A DNA stretch of 64,000 bases from Candidatus Magasanikiibacteriota bacterium (GTDB lineage: Bacteria; Patescibacteriota; Patescibacteriia; Magasanikbacterales; UBA922): the NCBI GenBank assembly GCA_018652595.1, contig JABIBU010000022.1:50346-114345 (forward strand), written 5' to 3'. The notes beneath the pieces were generated by a model. The model did no database searches, had not been told where the DNA came from, and saw only the letters and a program-made list of their open reading frames with translations. Below, piece after piece: positions 1-12,310 of this stretch. Position numbers and translations under genes: made by a program. Position 1 is the first letter of the stretch, and each line of letters starts with the position of its first letter.

Positions 1-1
1 T

Positions 2-145
2 TTAGTTATTACCTTAATAATAACACCGCTCACAACTGCCGCACCAGTGATTTTGTATAGTGAATTAAAAAAAGTTCCACTAGGCACAGACAAACCAACA
101 CTTCCAGATCAAATTGAGACTCCTGCTGAACCGCCGATTAAATAA
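2..145 (+). CDS. 3' end of a hypothetical (probably membrane) protein, truncated by window start
   Basis: Open frame LVITLIITPLTTAAPVILYSELKK...PPIK* ending TAA at 143-145, followed by a terminator hairpin. Confidence 0.6.
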   Translation, partial: LVITLIITPLTTAAPVILYSELKKVPLGTDKPTLPDQIETPAEPPIK

Positions 146-169
146 TATAAAATATTAAAATCAAAAACT

Positions 170-193
170 AAAGACCCTCTACTGGGGTCTTTT
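170..193 (+). terminator. intrinsic terminator
   Basis: AAAGACCC-N7-GGGTCTTT(T) hairpin. Confidence 0.7.
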
Positions 194-249
194 CAATTCC
201 CCCTGTTAATGGTAAAATGGACTTATGTTAACATTCTAAATAACTTGAT

Positions 250-1785
250 ATGAAATATACATCCATAATCGGCATGGAAGTCCATGTAGAGTTAAAAACC
301 AATTCCAAAATGTTTTGTTCATGCAAAAATGACCCTAATTTTGCTAATCCCAATACTAATATCTGTGAAATCTGTACTGGTCAGCCGGGGACTCTTCCTG
401 TGCCAAACAAGACTGCAATTGAATGGACTGTAAAAGTAGGCAAGGCTCTAGGTTGTGATATCCGCAAACTATCAAAATTTGATAGAAAACACTACTTTTA
501 TCCAGACCTACCAAAGGCCTATCAAATATCCCAATATGACGAACCAGTTGCAGAAAATGGTGAAATAACCTTAAGTTTTACAGTAGAGGAAAATATCAGA
601 GATATTGCCAAAATTGGCATAGAAAGGGCACATCTAGAAGAAGATACAGCCAAACTACTACATGACGATAAAAACGCCACATTGGTTGATTTTAACCGTG
701 CAGGCACCCCTCTGGTCGAGATTGTGACCAAACCAGACTTCAAAAGCTCTATGGAAGCCAAAGTGTACTGCCAAGAGCTCCGCACCCTTCTTCGTTACCT
801 AGGGGTGAGCGATGCTGATATGGAAAAAGGTCATATGCGCTGTGAAGCCAATATATCTGTTCAAGAGGCTGGTAAATTTGAAATTGATGACAAATTAGTA
901 AAGCCACTTGGAAATTATAAAATAAATCACAAAATAGAATTAAAAAACCTTAATTCTTTCAAAGCAGTGGAGCGAGGAATTGAATATGAAATAAAACGCC
1001 AGACAGAGCTACTAGAAAAAGGCGAGACTTGGGGACAAGAAACTCGTGGTTGGAATGATGACAAAGGCGAAACAGTCTTGCAACGTGTAAAAGAAAGCTC
1101 TGCAGACTATAGATATTTCCCAGAACCAGATATTCCCCCATTTCATCCCGAAAAAATCTCTGGCGTTGTTTCACTTCCAGAATTACCACAGGCCAAGCGT
1201 GCAAGATTTCACAGCGAATATGATCTGTCTTATGCTGATGCCAAATTACTTAGCGAAAACAAAAGTTGGGCCAATTTTACTGAAGAAGTAATGAGCGAAC
1301 TGACCGAATGGCTAGACTCTCTACCAGAAACAAAAAACAAAGCTGAAAATGTCCCACAAAAAATCGCTCGCCTAGCTGGGGCTTGGCTTACTAGTAAACT
1401 AATGGGAGTTTTGAAAGAAAAGAAATTAGATATTGATCAAATTAATTTTTCAGCTGAAAATTTTGCCGAGCTCATTGCTCTTATTTATACTGGCAGAGTA
1501 AACGGCACAAACGCTTATAAAATTCTTCTCATAATGGCAGGAAGCGACAAAGACCATGACCCAACTCACCTTCTAGAAGACAAAGGCTGGGGCCAAGTTT
1601 CTGATGAGGGTAAAATTAATGAAGTGGTGGACGAAGTAATAAAAAGCCATCCAAAACAAGTAGAAGAATTCAAATCTGGCAAAGAAACTGTTTTGAAATT
1701 CTTGATCGGAATGGTAATGAAAGCTACAGAAGGCAGTGCTGACCCTAAAGTTGTTGAGGGTGTTTTGCGAGGAAAGTTAGCGTAG
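250..1785 (+). CDS. gatB: Asp-tRNA(Asn)/Glu-tRNA(Gln) amidotransferase subunit B
   Basis: IGMEVHVEL, RKHYFYPDLPKAYQISQ, HLEEDTAK, DFNRAGTPLVEIVT, DYRYFPEPDIP motifs. Confidence 0.98.
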   Translation: MKYTSIIGMEVHVELKTNSKMFCSCKNDPNFANPNTNICEICTGQPGTLPVPNKTAIEWTVKVGKALGCDIRKLSKFDRKHYFYPDLPKAYQISQYDEPVAENGEITLSFTVEENIRDIAKIGIERAHLEEDTAKLLHDDKNATLVDFNRAGTPLVEIVTKPDFKSSMEAKVYCQELRTLLRYLGVSDADMEKGHMRCEANISVQEAGKFEIDDKLVKPLGNYKINHKIELKNLNSFKAVERGIEYEIKRQTELLEKGETWGQETRGWNDDKGETVLQRVKESSADYRYFPEPDIPPFHPEKISGVVSLPELPQAKRARFHSEYDLSYADAKLLSENKSWANFTEEVMSELTEWLDSLPETKNKAENVPQKIARLAGAWLTSKLMGVLKEKKLDIDQINFSAENFAELIALIYTGRVNGTNAYKILLIMAGSDKDHDPTHLLEDKGWGQVSDEGKINEVVDEVIKSHPKQVEEFKSGKETVLKFLIGMVMKATEGSADPKVVEGVLRGKLA

Positions 1786-1841
1786 TGCAAACATGGCAGT
1801 ATCCTGATTACGCATTATATATAAATTTTATTTCAAAAACT

Positions 1842-2615
1842 ATGAAGGTTCCCAAAAAGGCTTATTTTTTTATTGTCCCCTTATTAATAGCCGTATTTTG
1901 GATAGTCAATATCTATTCGAGTAAAATTACTGTATCAATTTATGATGGAACGACTGGGCAACCACTTATCGGAGCGGAGATTCAAGTTGATACATACTAC
2001 ACTTTTTTTGATAGTACAAAACATGACACTCAAATTATTTACACAGATGAAAATGGTAAAGCTACAGTTTATCCAACTCACAATAATCTTTCTAGTATCA
2101 CAGTATTCCACGAAGGCTATTTCCCAGAATCCATTGGTGGTAATACTCAAAAATATATATTAGCCATGTCACCGATTGAAGATTCTGGTCATTTTGTTAA
2201 TTTTTCATACACTTTTACCACTCCAAATGGAGATGAAATTGACTACAATCGTTTGAAATCGCAAAAACCACTTGATGATTATCTTTCTGATTCATATTTT
2301 AAATATTGGAGCTGGTTAGCAAACAAAAAGAAAGACTATTTATTGTGTGAAAATATCACTGAGATCAAAGACCATGACGACTGCTTAGTGTCTGTAGCCG
2401 AAACTACAAAAAATTATACTATTTGTGAATTAATTGATAAAAATACTTTTTGTTTTGCATCAGTTGCTTACAACACAAATAATGTGTCTATTTGTGATAA
2501 ATCTCATGATGTTGCATATTGTGAGTTATTATTTCAGTCAAAAAAAGGCATATGTTTGTCAGTAGAGGAAGCGAAAAAACTTGATATGAAAGTTCCGTGT
2601 ATAAATAATAAATAA
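1842..2615 (+). CDS. membrane-anchored exported protein with an Ig/carboxypeptidase-regulatory-like domain and Cys-rich repeats
   Basis: Likely start MKVPKK at 1842; N-terminal TM segment; VYDGTTGQPLIGAEI...TDENG-type motif; three repeats of the form C-x2-I...C-x3-VA. Confidence 0.65.
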   Translation: MKVPKKAYFFIVPLLIAVFWIVNIYSSKITVSIYDGTTGQPLIGAEIQVDTYYTFFDSTKHDTQIIYTDENGKATVYPTHNNLSSITVFHEGYFPESIGGNTQKYILAMSPIEDSGHFVNFSYTFTTPNGDEIDYNRLKSQKPLDDYLSDSYFKYWSWLANKKKDYLLCENITEIKDHDDCLVSVAETTKNYTICELIDKNTFCFASVAYNTNNVSICDKSHDVAYCELLFQSKKGICLSVEEAKKLDMKVPCINNK

Positions 2616-2634
2616 CAACAACACTAAAAAAATA

Positions 2635-2664
2635 AAAAAGCCTCACAACATTGTGAGGCTTTTT
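2635..2664. terminator. bidirectional intrinsic terminator
   Basis: AAAAAGCCTCACAA-CA-TTGTGAGGCTTTTT between convergent genes. Confidence 0.8.
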
Positions 2665-2676
2665 GATATTATATTA

Positions 2677-5502
2677 CTAAACTGGTTCTGGCTGTGGTTG
2701 AGGCATAGGCTGTGGTTGGGGTGGTTGATTTGCACTAGAATCAACAGATGGTAGTGGAGGAGGTAATTGTATATCTTCTTTAGGTGTAAGAGGAGCAGGA
2801 AGAACATTCGGTGGCATCTGATCATTATGGAATTCCTCTCTAACCATATCCCCACGGTCAAAATCTCTAGGCTCTGGTCTGATATAATTATCAGGTTTAT
2901 CAAACCTAACTTCTTCATCTTTTTGAGGCATTTCATAACGATTATCGTGAATTTCTCCTACGGGTAGAGGTCCTTCTGGTTTTATTTCTAGTCGTCTTTC
3001 TTCTGGACGAAATTCTGAAGGAGGCGGGTGCGGAAGAGATGGGTCAAGTGGTTCCATCTGTCCCCCATCCTGTATACGACGTTCTTCTTCCCAGCGACGC
3101 TCTTCTTCTTTACGTCGCCCATCTTCTTCTGTTAACCTTTTTTGATCTTCAAACACATAGACCTCTTGTTTAATATTCTCATATTGATACATCTCATCCA
3201 TTTCTTGCCTTCTCTTTTCAAGACCACCATCCATGGTTTGATTAAATAGCTGTTCTTCTTCTCTTCTACATTCATCATCACAAAATGGATCAAATGATAA
3301 ATCTTTCTTAAATGTTTGTTTGCGTAGTTCAAATTCCTTGTCCATAACAGCTTGCCTAGCTCGCCTTTCTTCTTCTCGAACTTGTTTTAATTCTTCTTCA
3401 CCTTTGGCTGAGCCATATTTTTCTTGGAAAATACGCTCAATATTTCTATTTTCTTCTTGAATTTTATCGTGTGCTTTTCGTTCTTCATCACGTAATTCTT
3501 GCCCACGAATCATGTCTTGTTTATTATCCAGGCGTCCACGAAAATCTATACCGTTCTGATTAAGTTTTTCAAACACATCTTCATCAGCCCCAACAAATTT
3601 TTGTTTAAATTGAAGAAGTGCTTCTGGGTTATCAATATGTTCCACATAGTCTGTAATAAATCCTGACTGATGTTGAATTGCTTGGTCAAAAAACCTTCCA
3701 CCACCCACAAAAGGAGGAGGACCAAACCCATCAGGACCTACACCGGGAGGGGCAAATCCTTCTTCATCCCCAAATGGAGGTGGAGGTGGTGCAAAAAACA
3801 TTTCTGGATTTTGGGCAAATTCTTCTTTCAATCTTTGAAGTGTTTCAATATCCTCTGGATTATTTGATTCAATTTGTTGAAAAAATTTCTCACCTTCCGA
3901 TCTGGCGCGCTCAATAAATTTTGTCTTTACTTCACGTTCCATTTTATCCATAAATTCTCTCTGCTCTGGGGTTAATTCTTTTTCTAACTCTTCAATCAAT
4001 CGAAATGCGGTTGGGTCGGGATTATCTGCCATTTGTTTTGAAAGTTTTTCAAACCTATCAGCAACATCTTGTGCGCCTGTATCTCCAGAAAATGCCTCGC
4101 GAAATCTATTTAACCCTTCTGTGTGCCGCTGTTCCATTTCTTTTTGCAAATCTTCATCTTCAAAATTAACTCGCTGTCTTATTTCTTCCATCACACGCAT
4201 CTTTGCTACATCAGGTTCATTCTCTTTGAATCTGGCAAACTCTCGTTCTCTCATCCTATCCCTAAACTCTTGTTCAAAGTTGTCTCCTTCAAATCTCTCC
4301 ACGTTATTCTGTATCCTGCGTGCGGCAATATCTTTTGCTACTTCAATTTTTTGACGCAATTCCTCTGGAACATCCTCCAATTGTCTGATACGGTCAAAAA
4401 TTTCCATATGAATTGTCTCATCACCACCAACGTCTCTAACATATGACTCAAACTTTTCAGCATGCCGGGCTCGATCTTCCTCTGGTATTCGTTCAAATTC
4501 TTTGTTAAAACGATTCAAAGCGTTATCTTGTGCCCGAAGAATTGCTTCACGAGCTTGTTCTGGTACTCTTTCTCCAATTTGTTGCAAAACTTCCAAATTA
4601 CGAAAGTTTTTAAATTCACTTCCACGCTGTTTTTTAAGCACACGGTCAATTCTTTCAGTTAGATGCTCACCATCTTCTCCTACCTTCGAAAAAACATCAC
4701 CAACCGCTCTTGCAGACTTCTGTCTTGCCATATCTGCTTTTTCAAAAAGCCTTTGTGCTATTTCTGGTTCATAATCAAGTGCTTCTTCTCCAATTTTGGA
4801 AAAGATCTTTTGTTGCTTAATTTGGGTATCAAGCACATCATCCAAAAACCCATCCACTCTTACATCTCCTTCTTCTTGACCTTTATGCAAATCGTCCACT
4901 CTCTTTACAATTTTTTCAATTCTTCTGTTTACATTATCTATTTCCTTTATAATTTTTTCCACACCCTTTTGGTCGTCTATTCCCTCTCCCCATCTGTGCT
5001 GAAGTTCGACCAAATCTTCTCTCATAAACTGCAGGTCAAGCTCGCTGTCTTTTACATCATCAAATGTGACTGCTTTTTTAAAAAATCTACCAACTTTATC
5101 AAACAATCCTACTCTTGACCCTTCTGCCACTCCCAAATCCTCATTTGTTACAAATTCATCTTGAGCAGCCTCTTCTGATGTTCCAAAACCATCATCACCA
5201 ACTACCATGTCAGTTTCACCACCAGACAAAAGACCATCATCAAACTCATCGGTTCCTGCTGTCTGTTCAACATCTTCAGTCAATTGTTCATATTCACCCT
5301 CAAGACTTTTATGATCTTCTGGGCCCAATGTACCATTTTGCAAAGGCAAATCTAATCCACCTGTCTCACTAGATGGCTCATCCACTTCTGCTAGCGCTCC
5401 GTCTTGCCCCAAATCTAATGCCTCGGCTTCCTGTGCATTTGCAGGAAGAACAAATAAAAAACCAGCTATCAGCAATAGAACGCCTATTTTTTGATATTTC
5501 AT
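2677..5502 (-). CDS. large secreted helical protein (DUF5667-like N-terminal region, Pro-rich segments)
   Basis: Signal peptide ending ANA|QE; segment GLFDKVGRFFKKAVTFDDVKDSELDLQF resembles DUF5667; E/R-rich coiled coils; Pro-rich tail. Confidence 0.6.
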   Translation of the reverse strand: MKYQKIGVLLLIAGFLFVLPANAQEAEALDLGQDGALAEVDEPSSETGGLDLPLQNGTLGPEDHKSLEGEYEQLTEDVEQTAGTDEFDDGLLSGGETDMVVGDDGFGTSEEAAQDEFVTNEDLGVAEGSRVGLFDKVGRFFKKAVTFDDVKDSELDLQFMREDLVELQHRWGEGIDDQKGVEKIIKEIDNVNRRIEKIVKRVDDLHKGQEEGDVRVDGFLDDVLDTQIKQQKIFSKIGEEALDYEPEIAQRLFEKADMARQKSARAVGDVFSKVGEDGEHLTERIDRVLKKQRGSEFKNFRNLEVLQQIGERVPEQAREAILRAQDNALNRFNKEFERIPEEDRARHAEKFESYVRDVGGDETIHMEIFDRIRQLEDVPEELRQKIEVAKDIAARRIQNNVERFEGDNFEQEFRDRMREREFARFKENEPDVAKMRVMEEIRQRVNFEDEDLQKEMEQRHTEGLNRFREAFSGDTGAQDVADRFEKLSKQMADNPDPTAFRLIEELEKELTPEQREFMDKMEREVKTKFIERARSEGEKFFQQIESNNPEDIETLQRLKEEFAQNPEMFFAPPPPPFGDEEGFAPPGVGPDGFGPPPFVGGGRFFDQAIQHQSGFITDYVEHIDNPEALLQFKQKFVGADEDVFEKLNQNGIDFRGRLDNKQDMIRGQELRDEERKAHDKIQEENRNIERIFQEKYGSAKGEEELKQVREEERRARQAVMDKEFELRKQTFKKDLSFDPFCDDECRREEEQLFNQTMDGGLEKRRQEMDEMYQYENIKQEVYVFEDQKRLTEEDGRRKEEERRWEEERRIQDGGQMEPLDPSLPHPPPSEFRPEERRLEIKPEGPLPVGEIHDNRYEMPQKDEEVRFDKPDNYIRPEPRDFDRGDMVREEFHNDQMPPNVLPAPLTPKEDIQLPPPLPSVDSSANQPPQPQPMPQPQPEPV

Positions 5503-5622
5503 ATGTTTGTATCTAAGTTAATTAACACACTATGAGTATAGCACGGAAAACAAAAAATAAACAAAATCTATCCCCACCCCCACCCTTTGCAAGATAAGAC
5601 AAAACTGTTACAATTAATAAGT

Positions 5623-5694
5623 ATGAAATACAGAAATGACAACCTGCAAGGAGGGTTGCCACAAAACAAAGGACTTATTGCACATAAAATATAA
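5623..5694 (+). CDS. putative leader peptide (23 aa, MKYRNDNLQGGLPQNKGLIAHKI)
   Basis: ATG 8 nt after an extended -10 (TGT-TACAAT); stop codon lies 1 nt before a terminator stem. Confidence 0.5.
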   Translation: MKYRNDNLQGGLPQNKGLIAHKI

Positions 5695-5695
5695 T

Positions 5696-5717
5696 ACCGC
5701 CTGTCTGGTGGTTTTTT
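5696..5717 (+). promoter_or_regulatory. attenuator-type terminator upstream of the guaB/guaC-purA operon
   Basis: ACCGCC-TGTCT-GGTGGT followed by a T-tract, between promoter and first gene. Confidence 0.55.
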
Positions 5718-5748
5718 CTTGTCTTAAATAATAACTTTCTAATAATAT

Positions 5749-8492
<2,744 letters not shown>

Positions 8493-8543
8493 TCCGCCGA
8501 CTGACGGACGAGAAATTCCTTTTCATGACTAGAACTATAAAAC

Positions 8544-8574
8544 AAAATAAACCCTTCTTAGAAGGGTTTATTTT
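8544..8574. terminator. intrinsic terminator after purA
   Basis: AAAATAAACCCTTCT-T-AGAAGGGTTTATTTT. Confidence 0.75.
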
Positions 8575-8709
8575 TATAAAAATTATTTAAATGAAGAACC
8601 CCGCACATCATCTTGCCGAAGCAATAGACGTACGGGGCTCGAAAACCAGTAAGGCACCGACCAAGAATCTAGATGACCAGTGGGTCAATAGATCCGAGAT
8701 ACAAGTATC

Positions 8710-9225
8710 CTACTTAGAGCAGGGAAGCAAGTCGATCTTCCGCCAAACGTTGATGAGTAGACGGAAGTACAGCTTCCAGCAACCACCCTCATAACAGAGG
8801 GAGGCTATGTTGGGGCTCCTCCTCTCATCCAGGAAAATGGTACCAGACAAAATGATGTACTTCCTGTCTCTCAACTCCTCCGGGATGTCGGCCTGCTCAG
8901 CAAGAAAACGTACCGCATCTGAAAGACCAAAGTTGGCCTTGAGCGCAACAGCACGCTCACGCATTTCCGGTCCCTGGATCGAATTCTTGTCCCCGTCAAA
9001 ACAGGGGACAAATTTCAAATCCTCAACCTTAATACGTCTCGGAAGAACGTCTTCCACAACCTCCCAACCCGTCGGGATAAGCTCCGGACAGAGAATCTCT
9101 GCCGGAAAAAAAGTTTTGCCTGCCTGCTTTCCATCCAGAAAAGCCTGCAAACCTTCGCGGTTAACCCGCTCGGACCGAATTTGGTCCCCCAACTCCAACA
9201 ATTGCTCCAATGTTACCTTGCTCAC
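8710..9225 (-). CDS. hypothetical protein (GC-richer orphan)
   Basis: ORF 8710-9261; best start is GTG 9225 behind GAGGAG; long hairpin downstream at about 8596-8642. Confidence 0.65.
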   Translation of the reverse strand: MSKVTLEQLLELGDQIRSERVNREGLQAFLDGKQAGKTFFPAEILCPELIPTGWEVVEDVLPRRIKVEDLKFVPCFDGDKNSIQGPEMRERAVALKANFGLSDAVRFLAEQADIPEELRDRKYIILSGTIFLDERRSPNIASLCYEGGCWKLYFRLLINVWRKIDLLPCSK

Positions 9226-9422
9226 GACACTCTCCTCACCCATAGGTAGACAACTAAGCACTGAGCATCACCTGATGCACAATACCATAGCTGATACGCC
9301 TACAAGCAAAATAGCCAGGAACCACTCCCAGCCAAATTTCTATCTTTTTGGCTAAAATAAGATAAAAATTTGACTAGGATTTAATGACGTATAACTAATT
9401 TTATAAAGAACTTATAATATAT

Positions 9423-11561
9423 TTATAACACATTTAGGTGGTTTTGTCTATACTTAAAATACTCATCAATAGCGCCGTCAACAAGTCGCACAGCCAGACC
9501 AATATAATCCTCTGGATGTAATACTGTCAAAATTTCTTGTTTAACTACATCTTCCACATCTAGACCTGTTACAAACCTACGCAAATCTTCTAGAGTCACC
9601 TGCTTGCCACGTGATTCTTTTTTTACTATTTCATAAGCATCAATTCGACCATATTTTCTGAGGATTGTCTGTATTGCTTCAGTTATTATTTGTGGATTAT
9701 TATTAATTTCTTCGCGAGCAAATTCCACATTAGGACGGATAAGATCAAAAGCAATTTGTAAGTGTTTCAGAGCTACATATACATAACCAATAGCCTCACC
9801 ATAAGACTTTTCCAAATCATGATCAGACAAATCACGCTGTAAACGAGATACATCTAGCTCAGATGAAAAGACATTGAATAATGCGTTGGCTTTTTTTATA
9901 TTACCCTCTGCCACCTCAGCAAACCAAGGATTTATTTTGTGTGGCATTACAGACGAACCCACGTGGCTCTCCACCTTTGTAAAATACATTGTACCAAAAC
10001 CAGCATAGAGCGACATGTCTACAGCAATATCGCGAAGTACATTACCAACTTCTTGCACTGCTTGTAGTTTGGAAATCATATCCACATGTGTCCCCCGCTG
10101 ATCAGTCCAAAGTTCACACTCTAAATTTAAACGCTTGGTTAATTCTTTTGAATATTTTATCCAATCCAAATCTGGATAAGCCGATACAAAACTATTATAA
10201 TTCCCAACTGCTCCATTTATTTTTCCAGTCAATTTTACTGATTGCATTTTTTGCAAACCATTAGTTAGTCTAACTAAATAATTGGCAAATACCTTACCAA
10301 AAGTAGTCGGGCTCGCGGGCTGTACATGAGTCCTGGCCAAAAGTGGATTGTTTTTATATTTTTCAGACAAACTTTTCAACACTTCAGTTGTTTCCAATAC
10401 ACTTGGAACAAATAATTCACTCATTCCGTCATTCAGCATCATTTTGTAGGCCAAATTATTAATATCAGCCGAAGTCGTAAACATATGTACAAAACTGGCA
10501 ACATCTGATAGACTCGTGTTTTCCATTTTTTCTTTTATCCAAAGCTCGCATGCTTTCATGTCATGTTCAACAGGACCAACACCATTTCTACCCAAGTGAT
10601 CATACTGCAAAACTTCGTAAGCTGAACTTTCGGAAAAATTATCTGCCAAATCTTTTAACCATTCCTTTTCTTTTGGTGTAAATAATCTCACTACTTGCCC
10701 ATCAAAAAAATCAGATAAGCAGAGTAGATGTTCTATTTCGGCTTTTACACGATACTTGTGCAGTGCATACTCAGAAAAATAGTGGCGAAGTGGTGCGGTC
10801 ATTTCTCCATGTCGCCCATCCAAGGCTGAAGTACTTTGCAAAGATTTTTTATAACGATCTACTTTTATTACTTCTTCTAAAATATTTTCTATGTTTTCCA
10901 AATTCTTTACAATCAAAGCATCTTCAATACCCATCTCATGAAAATCTTCTCTAGTCGTTTGCCCTTGGCAAACCCCAACAAATTTTATTTTTTGATAAAA
11001 ACTGGAATAATAATCATCACTGTGATCACCAAACATTACAGTCTGTTCTGGCTTGATACCAATATTTTCTAAATGTTTAATAGCTTCTTCAAAAGCTCTT
11101 GGGTGTGGCTTTCTAAATTCCAGCTCAGGCGGAATATGCATAAAAGCAAAATCATCAATATCAAAACCAGCCTGAGCCAGTCTCTCTGACAACATTCTCA
11201 CTCTGTTCGTCACCAACCCAACGACTAAACCAGCCTGCTTTAGACTCTTTATTGCTTCTAGAGATCCAGAAGTAGGATCATACTTTTCACTTGGAGAGTG
11301 CTCTCTATAATTTCCCAAAACTACTTCCCACAATTCCTGTCCATTGCTAACACCAAGGAATAATTCCTTAAAAATATCTTCAAATGGCAAATTCTTTGCT
11401 TGAATCCGATAAATATCGTCTTTTGTTGGCTTAGATACAGAAAAACCACCCTTAATAAGGCGGTCTACAGTTTTTGTAATATTTTTTACCACAAAATCAT
11501 TAGAGGCAATCAAAGTATTGTCTACATCAAATATAACTGCTTTTATTTCTTTGTCTATCAT
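9423..11561 (-). CDS. purB: HAD-family phosphatase fused to adenylosuccinate lyase
   Basis: N-terminal FDVDNTL, VTN, KPHP, FGDH..D HAD motifs; C-terminal SALDGRH, SEYAL, RTHVQPA, GSSVMPHKINP, SRLQRDLSD (E. coli-type PurB). Confidence 0.9.
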   Translation of the reverse strand: MIDKEIKAVIFDVDNTLIASNDFVVKNITKTVDRLIKGGFSVSKPTKDDIYRIQAKNLPFEDIFKELFLGVSNGQELWEVVLGNYREHSPSEKYDPTSGSLEAIKSLKQAGLVVGLVTNRVRMLSERLAQAGFDIDDFAFMHIPPELEFRKPHPRAFEEAIKHLENIGIKPEQTVMFGDHSDDYYSSFYQKIKFVGVCQGQTTREDFHEMGIEDALIVKNLENIENILEEVIKVDRYKKSLQSTSALDGRHGEMTAPLRHYFSEYALHKYRVKAEIEHLLCLSDFFDGQVVRLFTPKEKEWLKDLADNFSESSAYEVLQYDHLGRNGVGPVEHDMKACELWIKEKMENTSLSDVASFVHMFTTSADINNLAYKMMLNDGMSELFVPSVLETTEVLKSLSEKYKNNPLLARTHVQPASPTTFGKVFANYLVRLTNGLQKMQSVKLTGKINGAVGNYNSFVSAYPDLDWIKYSKELTKRLNLECELWTDQRGTHVDMISKLQAVQEVGNVLRDIAVDMSLYAGFGTMYFTKVESHVGSSVMPHKINPWFAEVAEGNIKKANALFNVFSSELDVSRLQRDLSDHDLEKSYGEAIGYVYVALKHLQIAFDLIRPNVEFAREEINNNPQIITEAIQTILRKYGRIDAYEIVKKESRGKQVTLEDLRRFVTGLDVEDVVKQEILTVLHPEDYIGLAVRLVDGAIDEYFKYRQNHLNVL

Positions 11562-11608
11562 AAATTTATCTAATCAGCCACTCCTTTCTTTTAAATCACC
11601 AATACTCG

Positions 11609-11636
11609 TCCTGCGTAGCCGTAGGCGAAGCACGGA
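11609..11636. repeat. CGTAG/CGAAG palindromic repeat in the purB leader
   Basis: TCCTGCGTAGCC-GTA-GGCGAAGCACGGA; same family as the copies at 29903, 31979, 42953, 53196 and 53281. Confidence 0.65.
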
Positions 11637-11749
11637 TCCCTCCTGCCTAAGGTATATTAGACTATCATGCCAATATAGTCAAGAAAAGCTAAGGCCGTCG
11701 ATTCCGAGGAACCGACGGCCAGATGAAACAATGGCTGACCCGAAGAGTT

Positions 11750-12070
11750 CTACTCCTCGAAGACGAAGTTCGCCATAAGGAGAGCCTCGCGAACCACACG
11801 AAGAACAACTTTAAAAACATCGTTTGACAAGTCATCCTCCTTTTGAGCCATGGCACGCGTCTCTTCCAAGATTGCTGGAGCGTCATTGTAGATGACAACG
11901 GTCATCGAGTCCATCACCTGTAGAACCGTGAACCCCGCCGCTACCAGGCTTGTTGGTAAACCATGTTCGTTGAGATGCATCTCGAGACGCAAACGCATCT
12001 CGCCCACATCCTCAGGAAATCTGGAAACTAATATGCCGATCTCTTCACGAAGCTCTTTAATTGTGCTCAT
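11750..12070 (-). CDS. hypothetical protein (GC-richer orphan)
   Basis: 106 aa ORF; GGAGG SD; TTGACA-17-TATGAT promoter; GGCCGTCG..CGACGGCC hairpin downstream. Confidence 0.7.
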   Translation of the reverse strand: MSTIKELREEIGILVSRFPEDVGEMRLRLEMHLNEHGLPTSLVAAGFTVLQVMDSMTVVIYNDAPAILEETRAMAQKEDDLSNDVFKVVLRVVREALLMANFVFEE

Positions 12071-12202
12071 TGCATTCTCCTCCGAAATGAACGTTATATT
12101 ATGCCAAAATCATAACATAGAAAAACTAGACTGTCAACATACCCAAATATCCACAAAATACCTCTTGCGCTAATCTAAAAAAACTGATAAAATATGGAAG
12201 AT

Positions 12203-12277
12203 ATGAAGAATAAATATATACAAAAAGAAGGTCGTTTCAAATTGCCAGCCGAGGCAGACCAATTCATTTATTTCTAA
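12203..12277 (+). CDS. putative pyr leader peptide (24 aa, MKNKYIQKEGRFKLPAEADQFIYF)
   Basis: Follows TTGCGC-17-TAAAAT promoter; ends 6 nt before a terminator stem. Confidence 0.55.
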   Translation: MKNKYIQKEGRFKLPAEADQFIYF

Positions 12278-12283
12278 TAATTC

Positions 12284-12310
12284 CACCCCGAAAACATCGG
12301 GGTGTTTTTT
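12284..12310 (+). promoter_or_regulatory. attenuator terminator upstream of the pyrimidine operon
   Basis: CACCCCGA-AAACA-TCGGGGTG-TTTTTT directly abutting ATG 12311. Confidence 0.7.

Noticed and set aside
8710-9225. Diversity-generating retroelement target
   Set aside because: No reverse transcriptase and no template/variable repeat pair is visible in the window
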